Shown in pieces: positions 24,305-36,787 of a stretch of DNA of 64,000 nucleotides. The notes beneath the pieces were generated by a model. That model had not been told where the DNA came from, did no database searches, and worked only from the letters and a program-made list of their open reading frames with translations. Origin of the DNA: Felis catus (Eukaryota); assembly GCF_018350175.1 (NCBI RefSeq), contig NC_058382.1, forward strand, positions 52,640,001 to 52,704,000, given 5' to 3'. The position numbers were made by a program, and so were the translations under genes. The stretch's first letter is position 1, and each line of letters starts with the position of its first letter.

Positions 24305-24725
24305 GTCCAATGGAGGCAGCACTGCCTGCTAGGGAGCCTTTTAGAAATTTGTGGAGGCATTTTTGGTGGTCTTTGGTATTTAGTCTCTACAGTCCATAAA
24401 TCTGTCTTGTGATGCAATGTATAGTCCAAAACAATAAAGAATTGTCCACATCCTGTTAACACTCATATGCCATCAGACCTTCACGTCTGTGAAAACTTGT
24501 TTGTAGCCATTTGAGCCCAGAATTCACTCTGCTTTGCACAGAAACTGTGTACTGAATCTCCTAGAAGTGCCAGGACCTTCTCAATCAAGGGAAGAATGTA
24601 CTGTGTTTTATTTAAAACTTTACTGAGATTTGGTCACCATCTTGAAAATTCAGGTCTCACAGTAGTGAGTCAGCGTAATATGTGAATTGTCTACATTTAT
24701 AGCTATTATAGTCATGGTGAGCGAG

Positions 24726-24886
24726 CCATGCAGTGGAGCTGATCCCTACCAGCTCACATGACCAGATTTTGCCCATCGCTTCCCAAATCTGCATTCCAGG
24801 ATACTGTGTCGGTAGCATGAGATTGACCGCAGTGAGAGTATTTACACCATGGAAATTGGCAAATGCTGCTGATCTGGGTTATATGC

Positions 24887-24928
<42 letters not shown>

Positions 24929-24955
24929 CTTTCCAGAGAGCTGGTTGAAAAGGTA
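24726..24955. mobile_element. MER63A-like hAT-Blackjack MITE containing a (TG)n tract (24890-24926)
   Basis: GAGTATTTACACCATGGAAATTGGCAAATGCT and CCAGAGAGCTGGTT blocks. Confidence 0.7.
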
Positions 24956-24961
24956 GTTATT

Positions 24962-25151
24962 GGGGCACCTGGGTGGCTGTCGGTTGAGCGTCTGACTCTC
25001 GATTTCGGCTCAGGTCATGATCCAGGATCGTGGGATCAAGCCCCATGGTGGGCTCTGTGCTGAGTATGGAGCCTACTTGAGAGTCTCTCTCTCCCTCTCT
25101 TTCTCCCCCACCCTGCTCATGCTCTCTCTGTAAAATTAAAAAATAAAATAA
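24962..25151 (+). mobile_element. Can-SINE (older type)
   Basis: GGGGCACCTGGGTGGCTGTCGGTTGAGCGTCTGACTCTCGATTTCGGCTCAGGTCATGATC head; A-rich tail. Confidence 0.92.
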
Positions 25152-25362
25152 GATGGCATCACCAATATGATACTATGTCTTTGTAAAAAATATATTTAGT
25201 CCTTATTTCAAAATGCCAAATATAAAGAGAATATATCAACAACATTTTAGTGAATTTTGATCTGTGTGTCTTGAATCCAAACCTGCAATTAGGTGCAAAC
25301 ATTTGACTGTTTCATTATGGGCTTCTGGTATAAACTTGCCCTTTTTAAAATGCGTATTATTT

Positions 25363-25583
25363 TGGGTGCCTGGGTGGCTCAGTCGGTTAAGCGTCTGACT
25401 CTTGATTTCAGCTCAGGTCGTGATCTTGAGGTTTGTGAGTTTGAGCCTCGCGTCGAGCTCTGTGCTGACAGCTTGGGCCTGCTTGTTATTCTCTGTATCC
25501 CTCTCTCTCTGCCCTTCCCCCACTCGCTCTCACACACTCTCTCAAAATAAATAAACAAAAACTTAATAATAATAATAATAGAA
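25363..25583 (+). mobile_element. Can-SINE
   Basis: Typical head and tail; 17-bp TSD TAAAATGCGTATTATTT (25346-25362) / TAAAATGCATATTATTT (25584-25600). Confidence 0.95.
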
Positions 25584-26191
25584 TAAAATGCATATTATTT
25601 ATCAATTTTTTTCTTCTTTATTTTATAGCTGGACATTATATTCATTTTTTGTTAATTATGTGTGTGCATAGGCTTATTATTCATTAACTTCATTTCAAGA
25701 CCTTAATAAGGAGTTATAAAATATTTCTTTTAAAATGAGGATCTTGGGTCTCTGGGCTTGAGTAGCGCTATCTAATTAACCTCCAGGCAGGACCTACAGA
25801 CATGGGGGAAACCCAGGTCTCCTCTTGGGGAGAAGGGGTGTAAGCATCACATTATAAAGCCACGTCCTAATTGGCATTTCCCCTTCAAGGTGCCGAGAAG
25901 AAATGTGTTGTAACCTGGGATTGGAATGAGCAGTGCCGTGTTTCCTAAAATAATCCAAGGGGAGTTCATTCTAAACAAATTCAGTAGCGCCAGCACTGAG
26001 GAAGAGGAGGGGAGGAGGAGGGGGAGAGGTGGGGGTGGGGCGGAGGTGGCCAGATCTGGAAGTGGGTGAAACAGGATCTACGACACCGGGGACAGTGTAT
26101 ATGTAAAATACAGGGAAGGATGAAGACGGGTTTAAAAGAAGTTCTTTACCGAAGGAGAGAAATATGGAATAGAAACCTAATTTAGAAAAAT

Positions 26192-26232
26192 ACACACACA
26201 CACGCGCACACACACACACACACACACACACA
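26192..26232. repeat. (CA)n microsatellite
   Basis: Directly visible, with one CGCG interruption. Confidence 0.95.
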
Positions 26233-26899
26233 GACATCCCGCACGGGACTGGCAGGTGGAGAGGAGGATTTTAACAGGACGGCTATCTCACCGTAGCCTT
26301 CTGTTCAGAACAAAAGTGTTGTAAACCTCGCACTAACACTTGGGCCTTTGCTTTTGGCAGACATTCCTCTTTTACATTTTTTTTGGCACCGTAGAAATGT
26401 TTCCATAAATAGTGCATTTAATGGAGTGTGTTACTTTATTACTGTCAGCTACCATAACAGTAGAGGAAAATTCAATAAACACGAAAGCTGAGATCAGAAC
26501 ACAGAAGGCTCTCAATTCTACATCCTTCATGAACTTGTACCTTTAAGGCACGTAACCTTTCTCTTCCCTCACTTACGAAATTCTTCGCTTTTTGGTGGGT
26601 GAAGTCACCCAGCTTGGTACCTGACTGATGGTAGCTGTGCCGCAAAATTTAGGACATACTCATTATCACAGTGGCTGTTTTGTAGACTCACAAAGCCAAG
26701 TGCTCCTTCCTACGCTGCCGAGATAGGACTGCCCAGCTCGGGGACTGCATTTGCCTGAACTTTGGGTGTTAGCAGCCAGCCTTCGCATGCGACAAACCCG
26801 CAGATGAAATGTTGTGATTCTTTGCTACGGAATAATTGGAAGTCACTTGCTCAGCTAGAGCAGGGAAGCCAGCGTAAAGGAGGAAGTAAAAATGAAAAG

Positions 26900-27270
26900 G
26901 CATAAATATGTGAGAAAGTTAGCAAATCAAAGTAATTGAGGAGCAAAATAATTCATTCCCTCTCCCTGGCTCAGCATGGATGCAAATGATATATCATTAA
27001 GTAAGCCCCCAACACAAAGGCGGCCAGCATAACTGTTGCATCAAATATTTAGCCGGAGCCAAGAGCAATTTTTTTATTATGTTTTTTATAAGTTTGATTT
27101 ACTAACCTTCAGTGCAATCCCTATTTTTAGAGGTTGGCTCATATTTTTAATTTGTTTTCTCTGAAGCACTGAATCCTTACCAGTGTTTCAAGCCGTCCAC
27201 TCGGTTCCTAATGGCAGAGTAACACTGAAAAGCATAATTACATTTCCTAATTATGTGTAATTAGGCAAAA
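26900..27270. promoter_or_regulatory. Candidate developmental enhancer (motif cluster in repeat-free DNA)
   Basis: ATCAAAG (TCF/LEF, 26926), ATGCAAAT (octamer, 26980), TGATTTAC (PBX-HOX, 27095), CTATTTTTAG (MEF2, 27121), three TAATTA (27235, 27248, 27258). Function is inferred only. Confidence 0.45.
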
Positions 27271-29394
27271 CCCAGATGATGTATTCAACATGCTCTCAGA
27301 ATAGCCAGGGGTCAAGGACTGTTGGAACTCACTAACATTTTTATAAATAAGTCAGTGCGTTATTTAACGTTGGGGTCCAAGGTGGTGCTGGGTGCCTTGT
27401 AGACCAATATAATGGTTGAAATATATAGCATTCATTTATTTAGCCAAGTAAAACATAATTGATCCCCCACCTCCTTACCCTGCCCCCCCTTTTTAAAACC
27501 AGAGTTTAGATTTGCTATTCTTAGCCCAAGAGAGGCCCTCTAAACTCAGAACCATAAAGTTCTGCTAACTGACAGCCTAAGTGATATTTATTTTTTCAAA
27601 GCTTAATCCTTTTGAAACATGGAGAAATAAATACATCCTCTTATCTACCATATGCCTGGGATGGGAAATAAATTCTTATTTTCCTGCAGTGTGGTACCAG
27701 TGGGCTACAATGAATAATTTGGGCAGTCTCACTGAAGATAATAGGGAAGCCTTCTCTATTACGAGTGATAATTATGAATCTCATAATAGAAAACATCCCA
27801 AGCCCGAACATCAATCAGGGGAGATAAACAATGGGAAATGATAGGTATACAAAAGGAAAATGGCAGCGGCCCATATGGAGGGAAAGCCTGCAGAATTCTG
27901 GAGGGGTCATAAATCATAGAGTCCAGTAATTTCCATGCAATTAATGTCCTCAAATTAAAACATACGTTTTTAAAGAAAGATTTTGCAGACTTTTCAGCCC
28001 AGCAACGGGATGTCCTAGGAGATTCATCTGGGAACCCCAGAGCCATCCGCCCTCCTGAGTCTTGTGTATCCTCAGCTGGAGTTGGCCGGAGCCCTGGCTA
28101 ACAATGTCACCGTGTGAGCTGGCCGGGGATGATCTCACTCCAGCCCACCAGGGACCGTACACGAGGAGGTCAGAGCTAGTGATGGCCGACCCTTGGAATG
28201 TTCGGCCTTAACTGTGCAAAAAAGACTGGCCCTATTGAGGCAGGATGTCTAACTTTCTTTACCAGTCCGAAAGACTGTCTCCAGCCACGCGGACACAGCC
28301 CAGTGAAGTGCTTGGCAAAGCTACAGAGAAATGGAAAACCTTCATTCCAGAGGGTCGTGGTCTCCTCCTATTTAATAGCCCTGCATTCATTCACTTTCTT
28401 CTTATCTTGCCATCATTCGGTCAAGTCCCCAAGGTACTTGGATGGCCGTCTTCAAGAGAATAATAAAGGAATCCATTTATAACAGTGAGAAAACACTGCC
28501 TATTAGTCTGCTGAAGCTGCTCCAAATGAAATTTAAGACTATCTGGCTAATTTATTTACTGCATCATGTGCAAAGACCACCAAGATTTCTAGTCTTTCTT
28601 CTTGTGGGTCTGCATGTAGAAATCCATGAACCATGTCCCCCCCTCCCCCTCCCCACAACCCACATGAATTCAGCTGGGATCTCTCCCCTCCAACCCTGTT
28701 TAAGGAGTGGGCCGGAGATTTGAGTCAATTGTCAAATATGTCCTAAAGGCCACAAAATGTGCTCGTGGATTTTGTTTTATAGGCTTACTATAATATTTTA
28801 TAAAACATATCTTTAAAGAAATATATAATTTTTCCCTCAAAGCAAGGGTTTTCCCATGCCATATAATTTGCTAAGTGTGGCTTTGCTGTGTTGTAACCCA
28901 TAATTTACAGTCAACCTCCACAAGGCAAAAAATAACTCCAAGCTATGATTAAGTAAGTAATGGACAAGGTAACTAATATTCCCGGAAGGATGGCCTTCCA
29001 GACACTCATTTTAAGTGACAAAATGGTTGAAGGTTGAGATGTGTAGTCCTGTACTAATTTAACCAAGTTGTGGGGAATCAAGAAGCGACATTATAAACTG
29101 GCACATCTGGGCGTTTAGGACACGGAGCTGAGCGTGGCTATTCTCTATGTACATTTTAACGAGCCCGCGCCTCATTTTTCCCATTTAAAGTAAACGGGCT
29201 TATGCCTAATTGTGCCACCCGCTTTTCCCATAAGGTAATTCATTTGGAAGGATTGTCCTAGTCCAGTCTCAGCCAATTCTGAGAAGGCGATCTGTGCAGT
29301 GTGGATGGGGGAAGCATGGCAGAGCGGAAAAAGCATGGACTTTGGACTCAGGCAAAATGGTTTTCCCGTCAGGAGCTGTGACCTTGGGAAAGTT

Positions 29395-29671
29395 GTGTTT
29401 TGAAATAAATATCAGCTTACAGAAAAGTCACAAATGTAATGCAGAGAGTTCCATACACCCTGCACCAAGCATCCACTAACATGATACATTTTTCCACACT
29501 AAGAAATTAACATTGGTACATTGCAGTCAACTCAACTAACCAACACTGTTTTTGCATGTCACTGGCGCTTCTGTTAATGTTCTTTTGATGTCCCAGGATT
29601 CAACCTGGGGTACCGTGCTGCATTTTTGTCATGTTTTCCCAATCTCTTCTGATCCATGGCAATTTCTGTCT

Positions 29672-29728
<57 letters not shown>

Positions 29729-30835
29729 AATACTTCTTTTATGAGCTTGATACTTTTGAAGAGTTTGGTCATTTCTTTTATAGAATGTTCTCAGTTTGGG
29801 TTTGTCTGATATTTTCTCCTGCTTATACTGAAGTTAGGCATTTTTGGTCAGAATACACAAAAATACTCTGCCCTTCTCAGTCCATCCTATCAGAGAGTAC
29901 ACAGTGTCAAAATGTCTTGTAAGTGGTGATGTTGATGTTAATCTTGATCTCTTGGCAAAAGTGTTGTCTCCTGGATTTAGGCACTGAAAATTATTATTTT
30001 CCCCTTTGTAATTAATATGTCTTGGGGGAGGTACTCTGAGACTATTTCTCCTCAAATTTTTGTCCACCAATGTTACCATCTGCCTTTTGATCTTGCCTAC
30101 GACAATTAATGCTGTGGTGTTCTAAAGGTGAATTTTTATTTCCCTCAGGCCTTCTACATTTATTAATCAAATTGTTTTCTGTCGAAGGCTGTCCCTCTTC
30201 TCTATTTAATTATATATTCATTTATATCAGTATGGACACATGAATATTGATTTTTATACTATAAGTCATGGTACAGTAATACTGTCACACATTCTGTCTC
30301 TCAGATTGTTCTGGCTTTGGCCACTGAGAGTGCTTTCAGGCTGGCCTTTGAGCTCTTTTGATGCACCCCATCCTCTTTGGGCACTTCCTTGCCTTTTTGC
30401 CTTGCAAGTTGTTACAGACTCATCTTATTTCCTGCCCTAATCTCAGAATTAGCAAGGAGCCTTGGTTCCTTTTTTGGAGAATGGTGTTTAGAAACCAAGA
30501 TCTAGCTGCTGGGGGTGCTCATTACTAGTGGGATATCACTGCCTCCAGGACTTCTCAATGGACAGAGTTTGAAAATATTTGTATGGATACTAACACATAC
30601 ACATAAACATATCTCTATTTCTCTACCTCTGTGTGTATATATTGTATATTCTAATGTATTTATATTTATATTCATTTATATTTAAGCAAATTTTATTTTA
30701 TTTATGATTTTAAAATGTATAGTATAAATATATACTTATAATATAAAATATATATTAATAATATAACCACATATATATTTTAAATATGACTTGGTGCTTG
30801 ATTCCAGTGTGACACAATTGGGTTTATTCTCACTT
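29395..30835 (-). mobile_element. Old L1M (L1MC/L1ME-like) 3' region with embedded (TG)n (29674-29725) and AT-rich low-complexity tract (30630-30785)
   Basis: TTTTATAGAATGTTCTCAGTTTGGGTTTGTCTGAT, ATTATTTTCCCCTTTGTAATTAATA, TTTATATCAGTATGGAC, GAGAATGGTGTTTAGAAACCAAGATCT are recalled ancient L1 3' UTR blocks. Confidence 0.7.
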
Positions 30836-30946
30836 TTCATGGGGATATATTTTAACCATTCAAAATTTCATGTTCTTCTTCTTTAAGTTGGAGATAATAA
30901 CAAACACACTGTAAGGTTTGGGGAAGGTATGGTAAATTGTAAAAAT

Positions 30947-31470
30947 TGTGAATTATTGGGGAAAAAAAGAAAAACATTTCTTCCCTTGCTGCATCCAGGC
31001 CCACACTCTGATGGTTACTCATCCTTCCGTTAAGAAGTGGAGTCTGTTTCTCCACCACCGAAATCAGTTTGATCAAGTACTTGCCTTGGCCAACTTGACC
31101 TTAGCAAACACGATGCAAAGCCCAGGCATACAAGGTACTTGGCTATCAGGCTTTGCTGTATTGCTGCTTAGAACCCTGAGTCCACATGTACAGGCCTGAG
31201 CTAGTCTGCCGGAGGACAAGAGGCCACATGGAGGGAGCCTTGTGCCAGCCTCCAGGCACGTTAGTGAAGCCATTCCAGGGTCATCCAGCCAAGTCACCAG
31301 CTGAGCCCAGACAGGCACGTGAGCCCAGCAGAGACAGTCAAGACAGTTCACACCAGAGAAAGAGCCTAGCCCATGACCAGAATGATGAACTTTTTATAAA
31401 AAAAGTTGTTACTGTTTTTATCCATGGAGTTCTGGCGTGGTTGGTTACATAGCAAATACTAATGAATACA
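30947..31470 (+). mobile_element. ERVL-MaLR solo LTR (MLT1H/I-like)
   Basis: AAGAAGTGGAGTCTGTTTCTCCAC, GAGGCCACATGGAG and the 3' end GTGGTTGGTTACATAGCAAATACTAATGAATACA. Confidence 0.75.
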
Positions 31471-32769
31471 GGAGGCTTGGGGATAATGTATGGAAAACAA
31501 GTAGCACAGCATCTCTTGTACACATTGGGCTCTGAATGAAGCGCTTGCTTTTGGTTATTGGTCTTGTTATTTTTGAGAAAACCATCAAGTTTTGTTTGCC
31601 CCCAAATGCCCTCCCAGCCAATCTAACATTTATAAATGAACTGTATTTGCTAACTGTTGGAACCAGTCCTCTGGACTAGATCAGTGGCTTCAGAAAAAAA
31701 AACAAAACAAAACAAAAAAAAAACACTGTTCAAGTGCAAGGCTCTGTGTATTTATCCACTCACACCAAGGTAGAGACAGAGCTGAGTCGATGCAGGACCC
31801 TCGGTAACGTGAGCAGTGTGAACACTGGGGAACAGAAAGTCCTTTATCTGGTGTCGCCTGAGGGTGCTTGGAGCCCGGCCTGGTGGAGAGAGGGGAGAGG
31901 GTGCAGAGTAGGAAATCAGGAGAGTATCTCAGCAGGCCAAATTTAGCCTAATTAACAGATTTGCCTAGGGCTGACCCTGAAGCAGAACGGGAAACCTTGA
32001 TCCGTTGGCTCTCTTCCTACCAATAAGGTAATGACGAGGTGGAACCACCAGTTCTCAATCTCCTAGAAAGATTCCCAAAATAGATGGGGTGAGACAAAGA
32101 GACCTGTACATTTCTTTCCTCTTCCGAGATTCTGTCTTTCCTTAATGACCTGATGCATCTATTTAGCACGGTTTTTAATCCTTGCAAACAAGTGAGTGCA
32201 CTTCTATGGCTGCTAGGTGTGGTCATATTTCCATTTAGTGGCAAAGGTGCTAACAGCCATTTGCTGAAATAACTCACAAAGGCACAGTTTTCTTGAGCAG
32301 CAGTAGGACAGATGGCCACCATGTTGCCATGGGCTTCGTCACCTGGAGGGAAGTCAGCACTCTTGGTACTGCTGCCCAGGGTTTACGTGGCGTCCCATGG
32401 AGGACACAGTCAATGTGTTAAGTATGCAGCTGTCCCAACTCTGCTACCCTCCTGCCCACACATTCAGGGGTCAACGCAAACCTCTGTTACCAGGGGGAAC
32501 TATCATCTGTGACTGGGTTGCCATGAGGCACCCATGGTGAAGGATCGTGAAATCACAAGAAGTTGTCAAAAGCAGCAGCCCAAGTTTGAGAAAGGCCTTC
32601 CGTGGCAAACTTGATGACAAAACTCAGTAAGTTTGTTTTTCTTCATAGACTAGTTTTTTAATCTCAATGCAATGAACAGAGGAGGAAGTTTTGCATTTTT
32701 CTTACCAGACCCCATAGAAAATAGCGTGGGAGCGTGACTTTTATCTACGGAAGTTTTTACTACCAGTTC

Positions 32770-32771
<2 letters not shown>

Positions 32772-32824
<53 letters not shown>

Positions 32825-32930
32825 TGTGTGTGTGTAAAATACCGAACAGGAAATTACAAAAAAAAAAAAAAAAAAAGGAAAAAAAAAAGGAAGGGAGGAA
32901 AGAAAGAAAAGGAAAAGGAAAAAAGAAGGA
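32772..32930. repeat. (TG)n microsatellite followed by poly(A) and purine-rich tract
   Basis: Directly visible. Confidence 0.95.
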
Positions 32931-34898
32931 TGAGTGGGACAGAAAATGATAATACTTGGCCACCGTGTCCTCATTTAAACAATAAACACTGTCAATATTT
33001 GGTTAGTCCCGTTCAAATTCCCATCCCCCATGCATGGCTATAATTTTTTCTCCATATTGTTGTTTATGCTCCATTATGTTTGATGCTCTCTCCTAAGCAT
33101 CTCACTTAACATTATAGAACAAGTCTTTCCCCCTATTATGAGATAGTCTTTATTAATATTAAGCATCAGCTAGATAAAAAAGCTATCAAGTGATAGTTCT
33201 TATGGCTTATTCACTCTTCAGTTGGGAATGTAGTGTTGATAGTCCCTTACTGTTAAGATAATGTTGCAATGGAACTCTTCTATGTAAAGCCATTTATTTC
33301 CCTCTCCCTCATTACTTAGGATTCCTTAGAGTCCCACCCCTACTCCAAATTAACCAAATGCTGTCACCCTCCACATTCAGTGTTGCTGAAGGCTTATATA
33401 ATGATGATCCTCACCGAGGATTTATTTGTGCCTCATGTATCAGTCAGTGCCTATGACCTTGAAGCATATGCACTCAGGGCTCAATCTGAAAAGGAATTCA
33501 TCTTATGGGGACAAACAGATATTGATATCCCAGGTCTCTGAGCCTCACTGTCTTCGAATGCTGATCAGTTGTTAGTGTCTCTTGGTGGTACAATGTTGAG
33601 TAAGACTCTGAAGCCATATTGGCTCAACACTGAAGATTTCTGTGATCAATTATTAATATCAGTTCTGAATGAGGATTCCGATTATAGCAGTCACATAGTA
33701 TCCTGGTTTTTCTGCATATGTTTTCTTTAGAGTTCTTAGAGGCATTTTTCTTAAGGTATAAAATGTCAGTTTTCTTTTGAAAGAAGAGGATAGGTATAGG
33801 CAGTGAAAGCCAGGTGGCTGACTTTCTAGAAGCTTTCCAGATCATAGTATGTTGGTGAGTTCACTAACAATGTGAATCTTGCCCTCAAACTTGCTACCTC
33901 AAAAAATTGGATTTTGCCAGGCCACCAAGAACAGATCTTTCTTACAGATTCAGACTCACAATAATCAAACTCATAAGGACTAGTACGTAAACCAAGTGCC
34001 CAAACAAGAATTGTCAAGAAGGACTGTACTTATAACACCGTTTGAAATGCTCTTGTTCATTGGGCCAGAAAGAAACAAACGAACAGTGTTTCCTCCTAGG
34101 CAGACTGAGCCAAGGAAAAGTATAAGTTACTTGATAGGCCACTAATTGAGCCAAAGGTCATTCGGCCAGATGACTTTAATATCTGGTTCGCTCAGAAGAT
34201 AACAAGCCTGATACTTTCACAATAAGGATGTTATACGCTTCTGTTTGTTACCATTTCCCCCAGAAGGATGTGGGTGACCTTATCTGTCTTGTTCATTACT
34301 TTGTCCACTGGCCTTAGCGCCAGGCACATAGAGGTACTAAATATGTATCTGCTGTCCCAGTGAGTCTCCAAACGCCAGCTGACCCCAAAATACAAAGCGA
34401 TTGTTCATTTTCCCAAAGAGGTGCTCCCCAATGGGTCTTTTGCCCAATTTATAAACTTCGGGGGATGTAGATGAAATGTTGAAAAATTTACATATAAGGT
34501 TTAATTCATTAATGCATTTTCACAGATAAAATATAAATTTTTAAATAGTGGAAGTTTTTTTCATTCTCAGATTTTATGAAATGATTTTACTCAAACTCTT
34601 CATATTCATCTTCACCGTCATCACTGACACCTCTTTTGGAGCCACCTCATGGAGTTTTCCGGGCCATTCCGCTTCGTTTCTTCCCCAGCTGTTTGAAACA
34701 TAGCACTTTTGGAATTCTGTATAACGCTGGTCCTGCAGTCAAGAGTGACTTGGACTGGGTGTCTTTGTGTTTCTTCAAGGTGACTTTTTCACCTTCCCTT
34801 TGGGCCCACTTTGAATTCACTTCATTGCTGAAATGTCAGAATGCAGCCTCATATAGTTCCTGGCCCTGGGGCTGTCTAGACAAAGGGAGAAGAGATCC

Positions 34899-35398
34899 TG
34901 TGGTAGCCATCCTCCAAGATGGCCTCCAAACACCCTGGCCTGCCAGGTTTCATGGACCTGTGTAGTTCCCTCTTACTCTCAATCGGAATGACGGGGAGAA
35001 TGATAGAGCACGACTCTTGAGGCTAGGTGACAAAAGGCATTGAAACTTCTGCCTTGCTGCCTCTGGGATCACTTGCCCTAAGGGAAGCTAGATGCTCTGT
35101 TGTGAGGATGTTCAAACAACACTGTGGAGAGGCCCACACGTTGGGGAACTCAAACCTCCAGCCAGTAGCCAGAACTGATTTGCCAGCCCTGTGAGGGCGC
35201 CATCTTGGTAGCGTATCCCCCACTCCCAGTTTAGCCTTCAGCTAAGACCGCAAGGAGCAACCAAACCCAAGCCAGACTGTGTAGCTGAACTGCTTCTAAA
35301 TTCTTGACCCACAAAAGTCATGCGAGGGAGTAAATACTTCCAGTCGTTTGAAGATGCTGAATTTTGGGGGTGATTTGTTACTCATCAAAATTAATACA
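34899..35398 (+). mobile_element. ERVL-MaLR solo LTR (MLT1F-like)
   Basis: Starts TGTGGTAGCCATCCTCCAAGATGGCCTCCAA, ends TTTTGGGGGTGATTTGTTAC...TAATACA; near-TSD GATCC / GAGCC. Confidence 0.85.
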
Positions 35399-36579
35399 GA
35401 GCCTGTTTGCGCCGCCTCCGTGATAAATAAACCAAGACTTTAGAATTAAAAGCGCCTCAATTTTTTCACCTGTGTCGTGAGTTTAACAATAACGCATTTG
35501 TGGATAGAAACTTGCTACAAGTTAATAAACCCATTTTCCTCCTGCATGTATCACTTTCTCAAAAAGTTGGCAGTAGGTTTCTTTCTCCTTGTGACTCAAA
35601 GACATCTGGGGGATGAGTCAGACGGTGCAATTTATATCTCGACTCCACCAAGCACTGACTTGCCCAGAGTCACACACAGGTGATCAGTGATGCCGTGCCT
35701 CAGTTTTCTCGTCTATGAAATGGCTAACACATATAGGGAGGGTGGGGACTTGAGATCTGTAAGATGTTTAACCCAATGCTGCAGGTAGCCATGGCAAACA
35801 CGTAGTAAACAGTAGGTGCTATTTTCATGGTTCTTTTTGCTCTTCCCATTATCATTATTTATTTAGTAAATGACAGGCAAAATCCAGAAATCCAGTCGCA
35901 GCCGACTCTCCGTAACCCAATTTGCTAAAACCCTCTCACTGATGTCTGTTCTTCATGAATCCTTTCAACCATGAGGCAGAATCTTTGTATGTTCTTCTCA
36001 TCAAGGATTTTATCTAAAAACCTGCAATACTTCACCCTTCCCCAGGTGGAGAGGAGAGGAGGAAATATGCTTCTAAAGTAATTTAGCATACACTCTGAAA
36101 GCATGGTGTGGCCGTCGCTGGCTTCCTGTTTTGAAGCCCAGCTTGTAAGCATATACGTGGGTCCCAGGGAGGTTTTTACTGAACCGAGAGATGCCATGAG
36201 CAGTCCTTGGTGTAATAATTCAATAGCAAAGCCCTCAGCAATAAGTCTTCAGCTGAAACGGACACTGACTGTCTGTCATACGAAGATTCAGACACTGATG
36301 TAATTTAAAATGCTTTCAATATTACGGATGTAAACATACGCCTTTTGATTTCTGAAGGACTTTTCCGAATATTAGATTAATAAATGAACAGAGGAAATGA
36401 AAAAATAAAATTGTCTCTTGTACCACCACCTAAAAATTACCACTACTATCACTTTGCCGCATTTCCTTCTAGATTTTTCTCAGCTTATACGTGATTATTT
36501 TTACATTGTAGTGACTTTGCTGGGTGCTTATTTCATTTTGTATCCTGATTTTTTTTTTTCAGTTAAAATTACTATAGTG

Positions 36580-36787
36580 GGGGCACCTGGGTGGTTCAGT
36601 GGGTTGAACACTGGACTCTTAGTTTTAGCTCAGGTCATGATCCCAGGGTTATGAGATTGGGCCCCATGTCGGGCTCTGTACTATGTGAGGAGCCTGCTTG
36701 GGACTCTGTCTCTTCCCTTTGTCCCTTTCCCCTGCTCACTCACTGTCTCTCTAAAATAAAATAATAATAAATAATTTTAAAATATTA
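36580..36787 (+). mobile_element. Can-SINE (older type)
   Basis: GGGGCACCTGGGTGGTTCAGTGGGTTGAAC head; TSD AAAATTACTATAGTG / AAAATTATAATAGTG. Confidence 0.93.

Larger units (their letters stand above)
24308..25770. mobile_element. MER20B-like hAT-Charlie element, split by later insertions
   Basis: 5' part TTTTAGAAATTTGTGGAGGCATTTTTGGT...AAGAATTGTCC...AATCAAGGGAAGAATGTACT; resumes at GGTGCAAACATTTGACTGTTTCATTATG (about 25292) and ends TTGGGTCTCTGGGCTTGAGTAGCGCTA. Confidence 0.7.

Noticed and set aside
32312..32512. Kozak-like GCCACCATG ORF (66 aa); also CCACCATGG near 53774
   Set aside because: No homology, promoter or exon support; the second closes after two codons.
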